A DNA stretch of 64,000 nt from Octopus vulgaris (GCA_951406725.2 OX597826.1:56482001-56546000); one strand, 5' to 3'; positions 26,297 through 41,123 are shown, counted from the stretch's first letter. Notes: a model not told the origin generated them from the sequence alone. A program made the numbers and translations.

Positions 26297-26575
26297 CATC
26301 ATCATCATCATCAACGTTTAATGTCCGTTTTCCGTGCTAGCATGGGTTGGACGGTTCGACCAGGGTCTGGGAAGCCAAGAGGCTGCACCAGGCTCCAGTC
26401 TGATCTGGCAGTGTTTCTACAGCTGGATGCCATTCCTAACGCCAACCACTCCGTGAGTGTAGTGGGTGCTTTTTACGTGCCACCGGCACAGGTACCAGGG
26501 GATACTGGCAGCGGCCACAGTCGGTTGGTGCTTTTTATGTGCCACTGGCACAGAAGCCAGTCAAGGTGGCACTGA
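26296..26575 (-). mobile_element. Family C repeat
   Basis: (CAT)n tail plus family C body. Confidence 0.85.
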
Positions 26576-27584
26576 TATGTATAAAATACAAAATGGGACA
26601 AGAATGCAAAATATTTAGTCAGTTAGGTGATACAAAAAAAAAGGGACAACAAAACATCCAGATAGATGATACAAAGAAAAGAGGGACAGGTCATTCGGTG
26701 TTCTTGTTCCTCAGTCGAGTTCCAGATTATTTTTGCCATTTCACCTGGTTATACTCAAGATTGCTCCAATCTGGTCAGCCCCCAAGGAAAACTAAGCTAA
26801 GAGCATTAAATTCCTTGGAAGAAAGCAGCGAATATATACAAAAACAAGGACGAAAAAAAAAAACGGAGAATGTTACACAAATACAAATAACAGGACATAA
26901 CAGGTGTCTTTTGACTAAGGACGAATAAAATTAAGCTGGTGTGTGTCAAAATAAAGCCTTACAGCAGGTGATGCAAGATTTTACAGGCACAGATGTTGCA
27001 CAGACGATGGCCGAACCAAGAAAGAAAGATCAGGCTTGGCCAAACACCAGTCACATGGGGAGAGAAGAGAGAGAGGTAGAGGCAGAGGGACAGAAGAATT
27101 AAGGAGGGTTGAGAAAAAATGACAGGGACACAGAGAAGTGAAAAGAGATATATACATACGTACATATATACATACACACACACACATACATCAATACATT
27201 ATGGTTCTGAAAGGATAATAAGATAGATAGACAGACAGACAGACAGATAGATATTATACATACATATACACATTTTCTTGAGGGGTCCTCAAGAAAGTCA
27301 AGACCATCAGTATCAAGGCCATTCTTATGAAGCCAGAGTTGCAAAACAAACATCTTAACCACACACACACACACTTATGCGTCTTCTAGGATTTGAACTC
27401 ACAAGTGGGAGAGACACCAACATCAAACCAGCTAGCATAAAAACATCCAGAGAAATCCATCTATCTTTAGAAGCAATTCTACTTCTCTATTGCGGCATAC
27501 CAAAATATACAAATGTTCACCATGTGATATATGAACATTGCAGATTTGGGATTATTTTCCATAGTTCAACTTTAAAGCCAATAT

Positions 27585-27597
27585 CAATATTATCATT

Positions 27598-27640
<43 letters not shown>

Positions 27641-27650
27641 CTACTACTAC

Positions 27651-27684
<34 letters not shown>

Positions 27685-27722
27685 GTTGTTGTTATTATTA
27701 TTTTAATATTATTGTTGTTGTC

Positions 27723-27758
<36 letters not shown>

Positions 27759-27762
27759 GTCA

Positions 27763-27828
<66 letters not shown>

Positions 27829-27882
27829 GTATTATTATTGTTGTTGTTGTAATTATTTTTTTTATTATTGTTACTATTATTA

Positions 27883-27944
<62 letters not shown>

Positions 27945-28336
27945 TTCATCATCATCATCAGCTTCATCACCACCACCACCACCATCATGATCATCATCAC
28001 CATCATCATCATCATTATTATTATCATTATTATTATTTCTATTCCTCCTGCGAAAATACAGAAGTAGTATGTAGACCAAAATGCGTTGTATGTATGCGCA
28101 CGCTCTGCTGAACAGTATGTACATGCTTCGATTCATTGCAATGTACGTGCATCGCTGAATTCTATTTACATGCGCTAACGCATGTTGTGTTTGTTACCTT
28201 AAATAAAATGATTTACTCCCCGCAATATGTCCAGTGCTTTTCATTATGCAGCATAACTAATAATAGTTGCATACAACACAGAAGATTCATACTTCCATAC
28301 ATTCTCTCAGTAGATTATTATTATTATTATTATTAC

Positions 28337-28381
<45 letters not shown>

Positions 28382-28434
28382 CGTTGTTGCTGCTGTTATT
28401 ATTACTATTAGTATTACTATTATTATTGTTTTTA

Positions 28435-28468
<34 letters not shown>

Positions 28469-28490
28469 CATTATTATTATTATTATTTTC
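27585..28490. repeat. (ATT)n microsatellite blocks flanking a unique island (28040-28312)
   Basis: Directly visible. Confidence 0.9.
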
Positions 28491-28711
28491 ATTTATGTTT
28501 CTCAAGATCTGTTCTGATCTTTCACTCACTCTTTCTCTCTCTCTCTCTCTCTATCTTTATCTCTCTGTATATATACATGTGTGTGTGTATATATATACAT
28601 ATATCTTTAAAAGCATACATAATATGTATGCATGTAAGAATGTATGTGTATGTATATTTGCATATACATATGTTTAGACATACATATGTATGATATATAT
28701 ATATACATGTA

Positions 28712-28751
<40 letters not shown>

Positions 28752-28777
28752 TACATATATATATATATGTATATATG

Positions 28778-28840
<63 letters not shown>

Positions 28841-29477
28841 AGAGGGAGAGATGCACACATATATATATATGCATGTATATATGTATGTGTGTATATATAT
28901 ATATAAATACATACACACACACTCAACCACACACCCACACACACACATACACAAATATACGTATAGATATATGTATACATGCACACACAGGTATATTCTA
29001 TTCTGATGTGGCCTTAGCTCAAGGTGAACTCAAATGATTGACCATTTTGTAACCTTTCATATGTTTTTTTAAATTAGATTTTCAGAGTTTGTATGAATTT
29101 ACAGGTAATTGTATGTTGAAACAATAAAACGAGGACAACCAAAAATACCTGCATATACATACACACATACACACATACATACATGCATACAAACATACAC
29201 ACATACATACATACATACATACAAACATGCATACATATATACAGAAATGCATACCAACATACATAAATTCATATATACATACATTCATACATACATATGT
29301 ACATACATGCGTACATACATATAAACAGACAGACATACTGACATTCATACATACAGACATACCTGCATATATATATATATACACACACACACATGCACAC
29401 ATACATATATATATATACACACACACACGTGTGTATGCATATATATATATATCTATATACACGCGTGTATGCATATA

Positions 29478-29536
<59 letters not shown>

Positions 29537-29564
29537 GTAGAGAGAGAGAGACGTGTGCATGTAT

Positions 29565-29699
29565 AGTAAGAAGTTTGCTTCCTAACCCCATGGTTCCAGG
29601 TTCAGTCCCACCTTGAGTATCATCTACTGCAGCCTTGTACCAACCAAAGCTGTGTATATGGATTAGCAGGCAGAACCCGAAAGAAGCCCATCATGCGTG

Positions 29700-29750
<51 letters not shown>

Positions 29751-29949
29751 ATGTCTTTGTGGCTGTGTTTGACAACTGGTATTGGTTTGCTTATATACCC
29801 ATAGCTTAACAGTCCAGCAAAGGAGACCGATAGAATAAGGACCAGACTGAAAAAAAAAAAGACTGGGGTCGATTTGTTTGAATAAATCTTCTTCAAGGAA
29901 GTGCTCCAGCATGGCTGCAGTCTAATGACTGAAACAAATTAAAGATAAA

Positions 29950-29955
<6 letters not shown>
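29565..29955 (+). mobile_element. SINE family A, diverged
   Basis: Head GTAAGAAGTTTGC...GGTTCAGTCCCAC, internal (TG)n, tail TAAAAGA. Confidence 0.8.
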
Positions 29956-29993
<38 letters not shown>

Positions 29994-30004
29994 ACATGTA
30001 TATG

Positions 30005-30036
<32 letters not shown>

Positions 30037-30159
30037 TGTATGTATGTATGTATGTATGTATGTATGTATGTATGTATGTATGTATGTATGTATGCATATC
30101 CGTATCTATCTGTCTATCTATCTATCTATTTATCTATCTAACTATTTATCCGTCTATCC

Positions 30160-30213
<54 letters not shown>

Positions 30214-30244
30214 ATATGTATGTATATATTTACGTATATATATA

Positions 30245-30419
30245 CTGTATTTTACTGTGTATAAGGGACCCTTTTTTGTCAAAAATTAGGTTAAAAAATA
30301 TGGGAGTTTCTTATATATGGATATTATAATCCCTTACAAAACCTTTTTTCCAAACTCTAAGCCCCCCAAATTAGGGGGTTCCTTATACACAAGAGTTCCT
30401 TATACACATTAAAATACGG
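30245..30419. mobile_element. pogo/Tigger-like MITE
   Basis: TIRs CTGTATTTTACTGTGTATAAGG / CCTTATACACATTAAAATACGG with TA on both sides; second copy at 36371-36534. Confidence 0.75.
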
Positions 30420-30582
30420 TATATATTTATATATATATATATCTTGACTTTTTTCCATATATATATATATATATATACATACATATATACATACACATAC
30501 ATACATACAAATATATATATATTTATATATATATATATTTTTTATTTTCATTCTGCCACACGATGACGATACGCAAAGCTAA

Positions 30583-30642
<60 letters not shown>

Positions 30643-31513
30643 ATATATATACTTAAGTATTCCTACATCCCTTTTTCAAAAGATTTCAAATTCTTCACTA
30701 CTTCCTTTGCCTTTTGCCTTATCCACTTCTATGAGTTATGAGACTTCAAGCGGCAGCTATTCCAAAATTCTTCCATAAATTGTTCTCATGGAAACAAGGA
30801 AATGCTTTCATGTGTTTAGGGAATTTTTAGAGAACTCAGCTGCAATAGCCAAAGGGTCGTATTATCTGTCCCTAAGCAATGATATTTGAGAATGTCATAT
30901 ACTGTATTCTATCCAGCACAGCAAAATAGATGTTTGGTCACACCATACATATTGTAATATACAAACACACAATATGATGGTGGGGTGGCCGAACCATTAG
31001 CATACTGGAAAAAATGCTTAGTAGCATTTTCTCCATCTGTATATTCTGAGTTCAAATTCCACTAAGGTTGACTTTGCCTTTCATCCTTTAGGGCTCAATA
31101 AAATAAGTACCAGTTGAACAGTGGGGTTGATATAATCAACTTACCACCTCCCTGGAATTGCTGGCCTTGTGCCAAAATTTGAAACCTATTTATAAATAAA
31201 TATTAAAATATGTAGATCTGACATACACAATTCCAGTACAACACTATCATGGAAGACTATCTAGATCAATGTCTCTCAAGCATATCAACCATTTTTTACT
31301 TATGGACCCCTTTGACTGTTTATTTTACTCAGGTGGACCCTGCTAACCATTTGATGCTCGAAAATTTAGCAACCAAATAATTGTTACATATTATATTACA
31401 GATGAATTCCTCTATTTACATAATATATAGGTCTCATTCAATATATATATATTATATATATATATATAAATATATATATGTATATGTTATATTTATATAA
31501 ATACATTTTATAT

Positions 31514-31567
<54 letters not shown>

Positions 31568-31597
31568 CACACACATTTATGCATATATACATACATG

Positions 31598-32000
31598 TGT
31601 GTGGTTGAGTGGTAAGAAGTTTGTTTCACATCCACACAGTTCTGGATTCAGTTCCACTGCATGGTACCTTGGGCAAGTGTCTTCTACTATAGCCTCAGGT
31701 CAACCAAAGCCTTGTGAGCGGATTTGGCAGACGGAAACTGAAAGAAGCTTGTTGTATATCCTTATGTATATATCTATGTGTGTGTCTTTGTGTCTGTGTT
31801 CATCCCCCACCACTTGACAACTGGTGTTGTTGTGTTAATGTCCCCATAACTTAGCAGTTTGGCAAAAGAAACTGATAGAATACATACCAGGCTTTAAAAA
31901 TAAAAGCACAGGGGTTAATAGACTTGACTATACGCACTTCAAGGCGGTGCCCCAGCATGGCTGCAGTCTAATGACTGAAGCAAGTAAAAGATAAAAGATA
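31598..32000 (+). mobile_element. SINE family A, diverged; tail-to-tail with the next copy
   Basis: Same head, body and TAAAAGA tail as the family. Confidence 0.82.
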
Positions 32001-32024
32001 TATATACACACACAGACATATATA

Positions 32025-32426
32025 CTCTTTACTCTCTCTCTCTTTTACTTGTTTCAGTCATTTGACTGCGGCCATGCTGGAGCACCGCCTTTAGTCGAGC
32101 AAATCGACTCCGGGACTTATTCTTTGTAAGCCCAGTACTTATTCTATCGGTCTCTTTTGACAAACCGCTAAGTGATGGGGATGTAAACACACCAGCATCA
32201 GTTGTCAAGCAATGCTAGAGGGACAAACACAGAAACACAAACATATACACACACATACATATATATATACATATATACGACAGGCTTCTTTCAGTTTCCG
32301 TCTACCAAATCCACTCACAAGGCATTGGTCAGCCCGAGGCTATAGTAGAAGACACTTGCCCATGATGCCATGCAGTGGGACTGAACCCGGAACCATGTGG
32401 TTGGTAGGCAAGCTACTTACCACACA
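32025..32426 (-). mobile_element. SINE family A, near full length
   Basis: Closely similar to 16240-16635 and 58015-58388. Confidence 0.88.
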
Positions 32427-33737
32427 ATGACACACAAAAAAGGTGCATATACATATACTCACATCAACTGACAACAGATAATTTGAATACAACTTAGCTC
32501 TGCTCCCTTGCTGACATATTACAAGCATACTTACAAGTATGCATGCAATGTATACACATAAATACACACACAAACATGCACACATGTACACATACACACG
32601 ACACAAACTACATGCATACACAGACACAAAAAGGAAACGATAAAAAGAAAAGAGAAGAGAAGAAGTGAGAAAAAAGAAATAAACAGAATCAGACAATTCA
32701 CACAAATGTTCAAACACACATATACTAAGGTCCTGAACAGAAATGGCTTCAATGATAGAATTGAATACATCCCTTCACAAAGATCTGCTAATACAACAAA
32801 TGCCAAGAAAATGTAAGTTATATAGTATATTCTGCCTTCAGTTTCAATGTGATATCTAACATTGCCAAATCCTTCCTAACTTTAATCAATACATTTTACA
32901 GCTATATGCTCAAATTATGTTACAGCTGCATGGATAAATTTGGTCTCACTTTTTTTTCTTTTTTAGTGAGAATTAATTGGAAGAAATTAATTTCTTCCCC
33001 CACACATAATTTCTCAGCTCACTGAAACAGGTGTACATGCTCTTTATGTGGTATGTGCCTTCAGAAAAATTTCATTATGCATCAAGGTTTTCACAAATGA
33101 TAAAACAATAATATGTAGGCCTTACCCGTAATACATTCAAAACAAGGTACACTCAACATAGACACACATTTAGATATGTTGATAGTAGAAGACGCTTGCT
33201 CAAGGTGCCACACAGTGAGACTGAACCCAGAACCATGTAGTTCGTAAGCAAGCTACATACCACACAGCCACTCCTATGCCTATAAAGTAATCTTATTAAA
33301 GATTACTTTAGGTTATACTCAATGGTATTTGCTTCTACCAAATTCATAAATTAAATAAATTAATTATATCTACTTGTTAAAAGAGGCAGTTGTAAGGGTC
33401 TATCATGTTTACTATACAACCTCATCATGGATAGTAAAAGAGGGATCTAGTGGACAACACCATTTCTAGTGTTTAATCTACTTAACCCTCATCAGAAATT
33501 AGATGCCATTGCTGAGATTGCAGTTAGAGCTAATTTTGTTATGCTTCTAACTAACTCAGATAAACTAGTTTGAATAGTAGACACTTTTCCAGTCGTTAAG
33601 CCCAAAGTAGATTTTAGTACGGGAAACCAGCACTGATGGCGCCCTAGTAATATATGTCACAGTTCCTAATCGCTATTACTATCAATGAATATATATACAT
33701 ACAAATATGCATACGTAAGTACATTTATACACACACA

Positions 33738-33791
<54 letters not shown>

Positions 33792-34279
33792 TAAGTCTGA
33801 TTTATTCATCATATCCAAAATTAGAAGAATAAGCTTTCTCTCTTCTCTTTCCCTCTCTCTCTCCCTACTCTCTTTCTCCCCTCTTCCTTTCTCCCCTTCT
33901 ACCTCTCCTTTTCTCCCCTTCTACCTCTCCTTTTCTCCCCTTCTCCCTTCTCCTCTTCTTCTCTCCTTATCTCTCCCTCTTTCCTCCTCTCTCTCTCTCT
34001 CTCTCCTCTACTCTCCCCTATCATTCCTTCACTCACCCCCTCTCAAAATTTGTATACTTTTTCTCTTCAAGAATTTGATTATTTTGTTTAGTTCAATTGA
34101 AAATATCACCCTTTCCCATCCATCTAACCACACCACACCACCTTTCTCTGATAACTTTTGGTGGTTGTCCTTGAGAAGGCAGCACCCATTATGCATGTAT
34201 ACAAACATGTGCACATTGATTACAGATATCTTATCACAGATGTCTGCTACAAGTCACAGATGATTGCTCCAGTTAAAAT

Positions 34280-35467
34280 GTATACCAAAGAGTAAATTTA
34301 TTCAATAAAATCATCATTGACTTCAACAGCAGCCTCCAAACGACTTCATAATCTCCTGCAGCTCTCCTGAATAGTCTCCTTGTTTTAAGTTGGTGAATGC
34401 TGCCATAATCCTTGCCTTCAATTCATCTTTGGTGTTACAAGGAATTCTGTGAGTCTCTCACTCAATTATGCCCCATACATTATAATTAAGGGGGTTGCAG
34501 TCTGGGGAGTTAGGTGGCCAGATGTTAGGGATGATGTGGTCGCAGAAATTGTCTGACAGCCATAACTGGGTTCTCTTGCTTGTGTAGCATGGTGCAGAGT
34601 CCTGTTGCCAGACATAGGATCTTCCAGCAACCACCCTCTTAACCCAAGGCAGCACTACCTCCTCCAGGCACATGATGTAGGCCTCCGTGTTGAGTGTGAG
34701 ACCATGTGGCAAGATGAATGGAGGCATAAGGTTGCCATGACTAACAATCACTCCAAACACCATGATGTTGACTGGATGTTTGATTTCTGTCGTTCTTAGT
34801 ACATGTTTTGGGGACACAGCAAGCCAACGGTTGTTCTGTGTCTTCAGCATCTGATCCTGACAGAGATTGTTCTCATCTGAGAAAAACCAAAGCATGTTTG
34901 GTTGGAGGGATGCATGAGTTTGTTCAAAAGCTTTGTAGCACAATCTTTCCTCTTGTCCTTGATGACTTGGGATAAAAATTAGCCCTTTCTCCTCTTGTAT
35001 GAGGAATACCGAATGTCTTTATGCACTTCTTGCCTGATTAGAAACTCAGACACTCCCATGTGCCTGGCGAGGGACCTGAGTAACTTGGAGGGATCATTGT
35101 CAATCACAGCCTGGGATCTCGCTTACAAATTCAGGAGTTCTTTTCTCATCAGAACGATCAGAGTGAGTTTTCCGAACTACTGTACCATTATATTAACCAT
35201 TAGACTCATCCAACTCTTTCCGAATCCTCTGCACTCTCCTCAGATTGACTCCCAAAAACTCTGAAATGTTCAAATTGGAGCTTCCGGTGCGAATGCCAAG
35301 CCATACAGCATGTCATTTTCCAAATTTCTGGTAGAGTGAATTGCATCATAGTGCTTGTGCCCAACTGACCCTACTATACTGTGTAGTCAACAAAATAAAA
35401 AATAAACAATATGCCTGTGCGAAATTAAAAATATAAAATGGTAACAATTTACCTATTACATCCTGTA
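34280..35467 (-). mobile_element. Decayed Tc1/mariner-superfamily transposon, DD37D (maT-like) transposase pseudogene
   Basis: ORF 34458-34943 has WFFSDE, YVWQQDSAP and WPPNSPDCNPL(N), with 37 residues between the second Asp and the third catalytic position (D mutated to N). One TIR-like end (TACAGGATGTAATAGG on minus) at ~35467. Confidence 0.88.
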
Positions 35468-35553
35468 TATATATATATATATATGACCATGTATGTACCA
35501 TTGGCGATTTTTTTTCCTCTGTCTTCCCTTCTCTGGATCTTTCCTTCTCCTAT

Positions 35554-35588
35554 GTTTCCAATGAAGAGCTCTGCTCGAAACGTTAAAC
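35554..35588 (+). ncRNA. Degenerate minimal hammerhead-like motif in a TA-flanked repeat (35485-35690)
   Basis: GTTT-CCAATGA-A-GAGC(TCT)GCTC-GAAA-CG-TT-AAAC: stems I and II pair and AACGTT is palindromic, but the core differs from CTGATGA at two positions. Confidence 0.55.
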
Positions 35589-35701
35589 CCTCCTTCTTTC
35601 CTTCTTTCCTGAGCGTCCAATAATACTATATTTGTTCCACGTCCTCGCGTTGTTGAGTTTTTTTGTGCTTTCTTGTTTGGATTAACTATATATATATATA
35701 T

Positions 35702-35736
<35 letters not shown>

Positions 35737-36370
35737 CATAGATAGATAGATAGAGATATACATATACATATATACACACTTATGTATTTGCATGTGTTTG
35801 GCTGTGTGTATTTGTGTGTATGTGTGTGATGTATTTAAAGAATTAAGATTTAATGTCACCCTGTCTACAAATACGATACACGTTAACTCCCGAGATGTTA
35901 CTTTATATTACAACACATGTAAACACAAGCCGTAGAGAAATCAGAACCAAAATGAAGTGTGCATCGACAACCACCACAACCACCACCATTTTGAAGATCC
36001 TTGTCAGCAATATGAGTAGTAATGTTTTTAGTATATCTTGAGAGAAACCAACATTTGACAGAGATGCAATCCAAGATAAGAATTTTAAAAAGCACTGGAG
36101 AACAGTAGATTTTGAAAAAATAAACAAATGATATTTATCTTCAAAACTGAACCATTTAAAACTAATGAAAATAAAATCAGTAGAAAATCTTTAACGTTAA
36201 CATAATCTGGTTCAACCCATCATACAACCTCTTGTGAAACTGAATACTGCCCAGAATTTTCTGATTCTGATTCTTAAACATTTTCCCATAAGAAACAACT
36301 GTTTTAAAATATTTAAGTGATAAATCTTAAAGATATGCTATAGCTGCATAAGGAGGCTGAGGAGGGAGTA

Positions 36371-36534
36371 CCACATTTTAACGTGTATAAAGAACTGGGG
36401 TTTTTTGCCAAAAATTAGGTTAAAAAATATGGGAGTTTCTTATACATGGATAATATCATAATCTATTACAAAAACCTTTTCTCAAATTTTAAGTCCCCAA
36501 AATTAGGAGGTTCTTTATACATGTTAAAATACAA
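36371..36534. mobile_element. pogo/Tigger-like MITE, second copy
   Basis: Shares AAAAATTAGGTTAAAAAATATGGGAGTTTCTTATA with 30245-30419; TA flanks. Confidence 0.72.
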
Positions 36535-37457
36535 TATTTCTGCTACAAAAAAGTATCCAAAACAATTGATTAAATCTAAAAATACTAAAACCACTTCCTT
36601 ACACATTTGTACATAAAGTTCTGGAGCCAAGATAATAAGGGAGATAACTGCATTAGTCAAAAGTCAGAGCTGTTTTCCCTCAGAAGTTAATATGAAGCCT
36701 AATCCTTTAGTGATTGTGCTACTGAATCAGTTGCCAAAGGCACACATTCTGAAATTATCTACTGGAATGTGTTCAAGAGACAGTACCTAAAATAAGTCCA
36801 CTTTTAGACATGTAGACAAACAAAATACCACCCCATAAGTTATATATACGTGTGTGTGTGTGTGTGTGTGTGTGTAACATTGACAATTTTAATATTAGCT
36901 GATTTTTAATGAATTTCAGTGTTACATACACTACTTATGCAAATTTCTGTAGCCTCTGCAATAGTGTGGAGTACTTCATCATCATCAAACAACAGACATC
37001 TTAAATGAAAAGACAGAACTAATCTCTAAATGTTGACATGAGAACAAGTAAGTCTTTACTAATATTAAGAAGTGTTGATACAGATTAAAGTAAACAACTG
37101 TGTAGTTTGTAGACCACCAGCTTATGTTCAAAGCCAGAAGCCAAAAAATGTAACCCAACAAATGCTGCTAAAAAAAGGAGTGAAAATGTAATTTACTTCA
37201 CCAGCCAGCCAGCCAGCTAGCCAGATTCATCTGAGGAAAGCTTATGAAAAGGGACCAGAAACTGTAACTATATGATCTTTGATGAAACTGTAAGAAGTTA
37301 AATATTTACTCGTGGAAAGTATTCAAATAAGTTCTAAAGTGTTTTTTAGGTTTTCGAAAATATTTGTGTGTGTGCATGTGTGTGTGTGTATGTGTGTATG
37401 TATATATACAGATACACATGTATATATTTATATACAATTTATAGATACATATATATA

Positions 37458-37501
<44 letters not shown>

Positions 37502-37594
37502 TATATACATGCATATATATACAACCCGTGCTAGCATGTTAAACGGACGTTAAACGATGATGATGATGATGATATATGTGTGTATGTATATGTG

Positions 37595-37630
<36 letters not shown>

Positions 37631-38639
37631 TATATATCTATATGATATATATATACATACATATATATACATATATACATATGTATATGCATGTATGTGT
37701 GTGTGTTTATATGTGTGTGTGTGTGCACGTGTGTGTGTGAACATGTAATGTGTTTTCCTGAAGATGCTTGTGTTTTGTATGTACAATAGATTATAATACA
37801 GAAAATATCCAAGAATGTGTGTGAAAGGGAAAGATATCTGAAGGTGTGAGAAATTTTCTTACTCTAGAGTTTGCATATGTGTGAGTGTGTATGGGACTGC
37901 ATGTGCGTGAGTGTATGTGTTCTGTGTGTTCTGTGTATTTTCCTCTTTATTTGCAAACATTACACTTTCCCAGTAAACCGTGTAAACATTTAACTTTGGG
38001 ATTTAACACAAGTACACAGTTCCAACCTGTCATAATACTTTGCACAAAAATAACTACATCACTATGGCAACACACACATACACCCCCCCCCACACACACA
38101 CACATACAATCAAAAACTTTTTTCGTGTCTCACCAGTACACCTGTTACTCTTGTCTTTCCCAAATTTCTAATTTCAACATCTAATATCACTAAATATTGA
38201 ACCTATTAACAGTTCGTTAATTTAATTTTTTTCTGTTCTTTAGAGATTTTACATAATTGTATTCTGTTGTTTTAAAATAAAATTAAGATGCTGGCGTGGC
38301 TTTGCGAGTTCAACTCCACCAAACAGCACCACAAATTAATATCTACTACACTCTTCAGCCAAATAGGAGTTGATGATTGCCATCGTTATCTTACAGTTGC
38401 CTCTTATAGCAGAAACAGTAGTAAACTAATGAAGGGGATTATGTAACTCCAGCCCCTTTTTTGTCATTCATTAATTGATACATACATGCATACATACATA
38501 CATACATACATGCATGCATGCATGCATACATACATGCATGCATGCATGCATACATACATACATACATACATACATACATACATACATACATACATACATA
38601 CATACGTATGTATGTATGTATGTATGTATGTATGTATAT

Positions 38640-38942
38640 CACCGTGACCGACCAGGCTATCAGATGTTGCTACACATCGCTGGTCACAATGTGCTTCACA
38701 TTGTTTTTTAGCCTTCAAATGACGCCACCCCACTGGCTAAGCGAGCAGGCCAATAGAAGAAAGAGTGAGAGAGAGTTGTGGCAAAAGAGTACAGCAGGGA
38801 TCGCCACCACCCTCTGCCGGAGCCTCGTGGAGCTTAGGCGTTTTTGCTCAATAAACACTCACAAAGCCCGGTCTGGGAATCGAAACCACGATCCTACGAC
38901 CATTAGTCCGCTGCCCTAACCACTGGGCCATTGCGCCTCCAC
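38640..38942 (-). mobile_element. tRNA-headed SINE (family B-related head)
   Basis: Minus strand A box TGGCCCAGTGG and B box GTTTCGATTCC; ends in a (TATG/CATA)n tract. Confidence 0.78.
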
Positions 38943-38944
38943 AA

Positions 38945-39163
38945 AAAACACCATGGGCCATTGCCAGCCTCGTCTGGCACCTGTGTCGGTGGCACATAAA
39001 ATCACCCACTACACTCTCGGAGTGGTTGGCGTTAGGAAGGGCATCCAGCTGTAGAAACACTGCCAGATCTGACTGGACTGGTGCAGCTCGGCTCCCCAGA
39101 CCCCAGTTGAACGTCCAACCCATGCTAGCATGGAAAGCGGACGTTAAATGATGATGATGATGA

Positions 39164-39167
<4 letters not shown>
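38945..39167 (+). mobile_element. Family C repeat
   Basis: Family body and (GAT)n tail. Confidence 0.85.
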
Positions 39168-39204
<37 letters not shown>

Positions 39205-39335
39205 TATGTATGTATATGTGTGTATATATATATATACACATACATACACACACACACACACATGCACATATATACATACACAGATATATATATGTATGCA
39301 TGTATGTATGTATATATTTGTGTGTGTTTGTGTGT

Positions 39336-39370
<35 letters not shown>

Positions 39371-39519
39371 GGTACTCTAGCACGGCCACAGTCAAATGAT
39401 TAAAACAAATGGAGTGCTAACTAAGGACCTGACTTGTGCATGTAGTGTATTTGCATATGGTCTGGTGGAGTACTCAACTTTGCTGAGATTGTTGCAAAGG
39501 GAGTGTTTGTAGAGTGTCA

Positions 39520-39735
39520 GTGAAATATGATGAAGATCATGAAAGTCATGTTGAAGATGAGACTGATATGATGGTGATGAATGAGTGTGATGGTGATGGT
39601 GATGGTCGTCAATATGACACGGATGTCAAGGAACATGACAATCGTGAAAATGCTGTTGCTGCTACTGATGTTGATGATGATGATGATGGTGGTGATGATG
39701 ATGATGGTGATGATCTTTATGATTTTGATGCTGCT

Positions 39736-39766
<31 letters not shown>

Positions 39767-40709
39767 ATGATGATAATAAAGACTATGATGATGATGATGA
39801 TGATGATGATGAAAACAAAAAGGATGATGATGATGATGATGACGATGATGACGACGATGATGATGATGATAAAGACACGGATGATGATGATGATAATGAT
39901 GACAATGATGATGATGATAATGATGACAATGATGATGATAATAAAGGCTATGATGAAGATGGTGATGATGATGATGATGATGATGAAAACAAAGATGATA
40001 ATGATGATGATGATGATAAAGACACTGATGATGATGATGATAAAGACACTGATGATGATGATGATGATGACGACGACGATGTCAACGACAACAACGACGA
40101 CAATGATAACAAGGAAGGTGCCGATGCTGATGACAATGATGACAATGATGATGGTGTGATGAGAATGATAAAAATGATGATGATGATGATGATGATTTAT
40201 TAAATGATGAGAGAATATATTCAATAAAACTGAATGTCTTTTAGTTTAACAAATGACAATTCATTGTGTCTAAATGTTAATTGAGAGAAATAGAACAAGG
40301 CCGGAATTTAATATCAAACACAGTAACATCTTCATTCAGTCAGCTTTGGTACTAAGTTCTAGATTAATTAGTAATTTATTAATATGTTTAGTTTGTCATT
40401 AGTAATATTATAGTCATATTAGTATAGTTATTAAAATTGTTGTTATGGTTGTATTAGTACAGTTAGTCGTATATTAGTTATATTGCATCATTATTAGATT
40501 ATAAATTGATATTAATTGAAGGTATTCTTTAGATGTATTATTTAAGTCTTACATCATTGCCATCTTAATCATCATCATCATCATCATCATCAACATCACT
40601 ACCACCATCACCATTGTCTTCATCATAATAATCATCATCATCATCATTGTTATCATCAACATCATCATTATCAATGTCATCGTCTGTCATCATCCTTGTC
40701 ATTGTCTTC

Positions 40710-40766
<57 letters not shown>

Positions 40767-41060
40767 TCCAGCATCATCATGATTATCATCATCATTCTCA
40801 TCATTGTCGTCGGTGTTATTATCATCATCAACAATGTCATCGTCATTGTCATCATCATCAGCATCATCTTCATTATCATCATTTTCATCATCATTACCGT
40901 TATTATCCACCTCCTTCTCTCCTCCTCCTTCTCCTCCTCCTCAACATCATCATCATCATCTTCATCATCACCACCATCATATCAGCAGCCAACACCATCT
41001 TCATCATTGTCATTGCCATCGTCTTCCTCTTCCTCCTGACATTCATCAACCTGAGCAATG

Positions 41061-41123
<63 letters not shown>

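Noticed and set aside
26580-26960. Possible further Penelope-like repeat with a hammerhead remnant
   Set aside because: No canonical CTGANGA-stem-GAAA arrangement in this copy and no second copy in the window for comparison.
33440-33500. Minus-strand CTGATGA...GAAA as another hammerhead
   Set aside because: No convincing stem I, II or III pairing could be drawn by eye. The CTGATGA hits at ~9378, ~21543, ~43803 and ~62998 were rejected for the same reason.
35930-38440. Several short open frames after AG dinucleotides (near 35936, 37113, 38288) as alternative terminal exons
   Set aside because: Weak pyrimidine tracts, and more than one frame is open in each case; indistinguishable from chance without RNA data.
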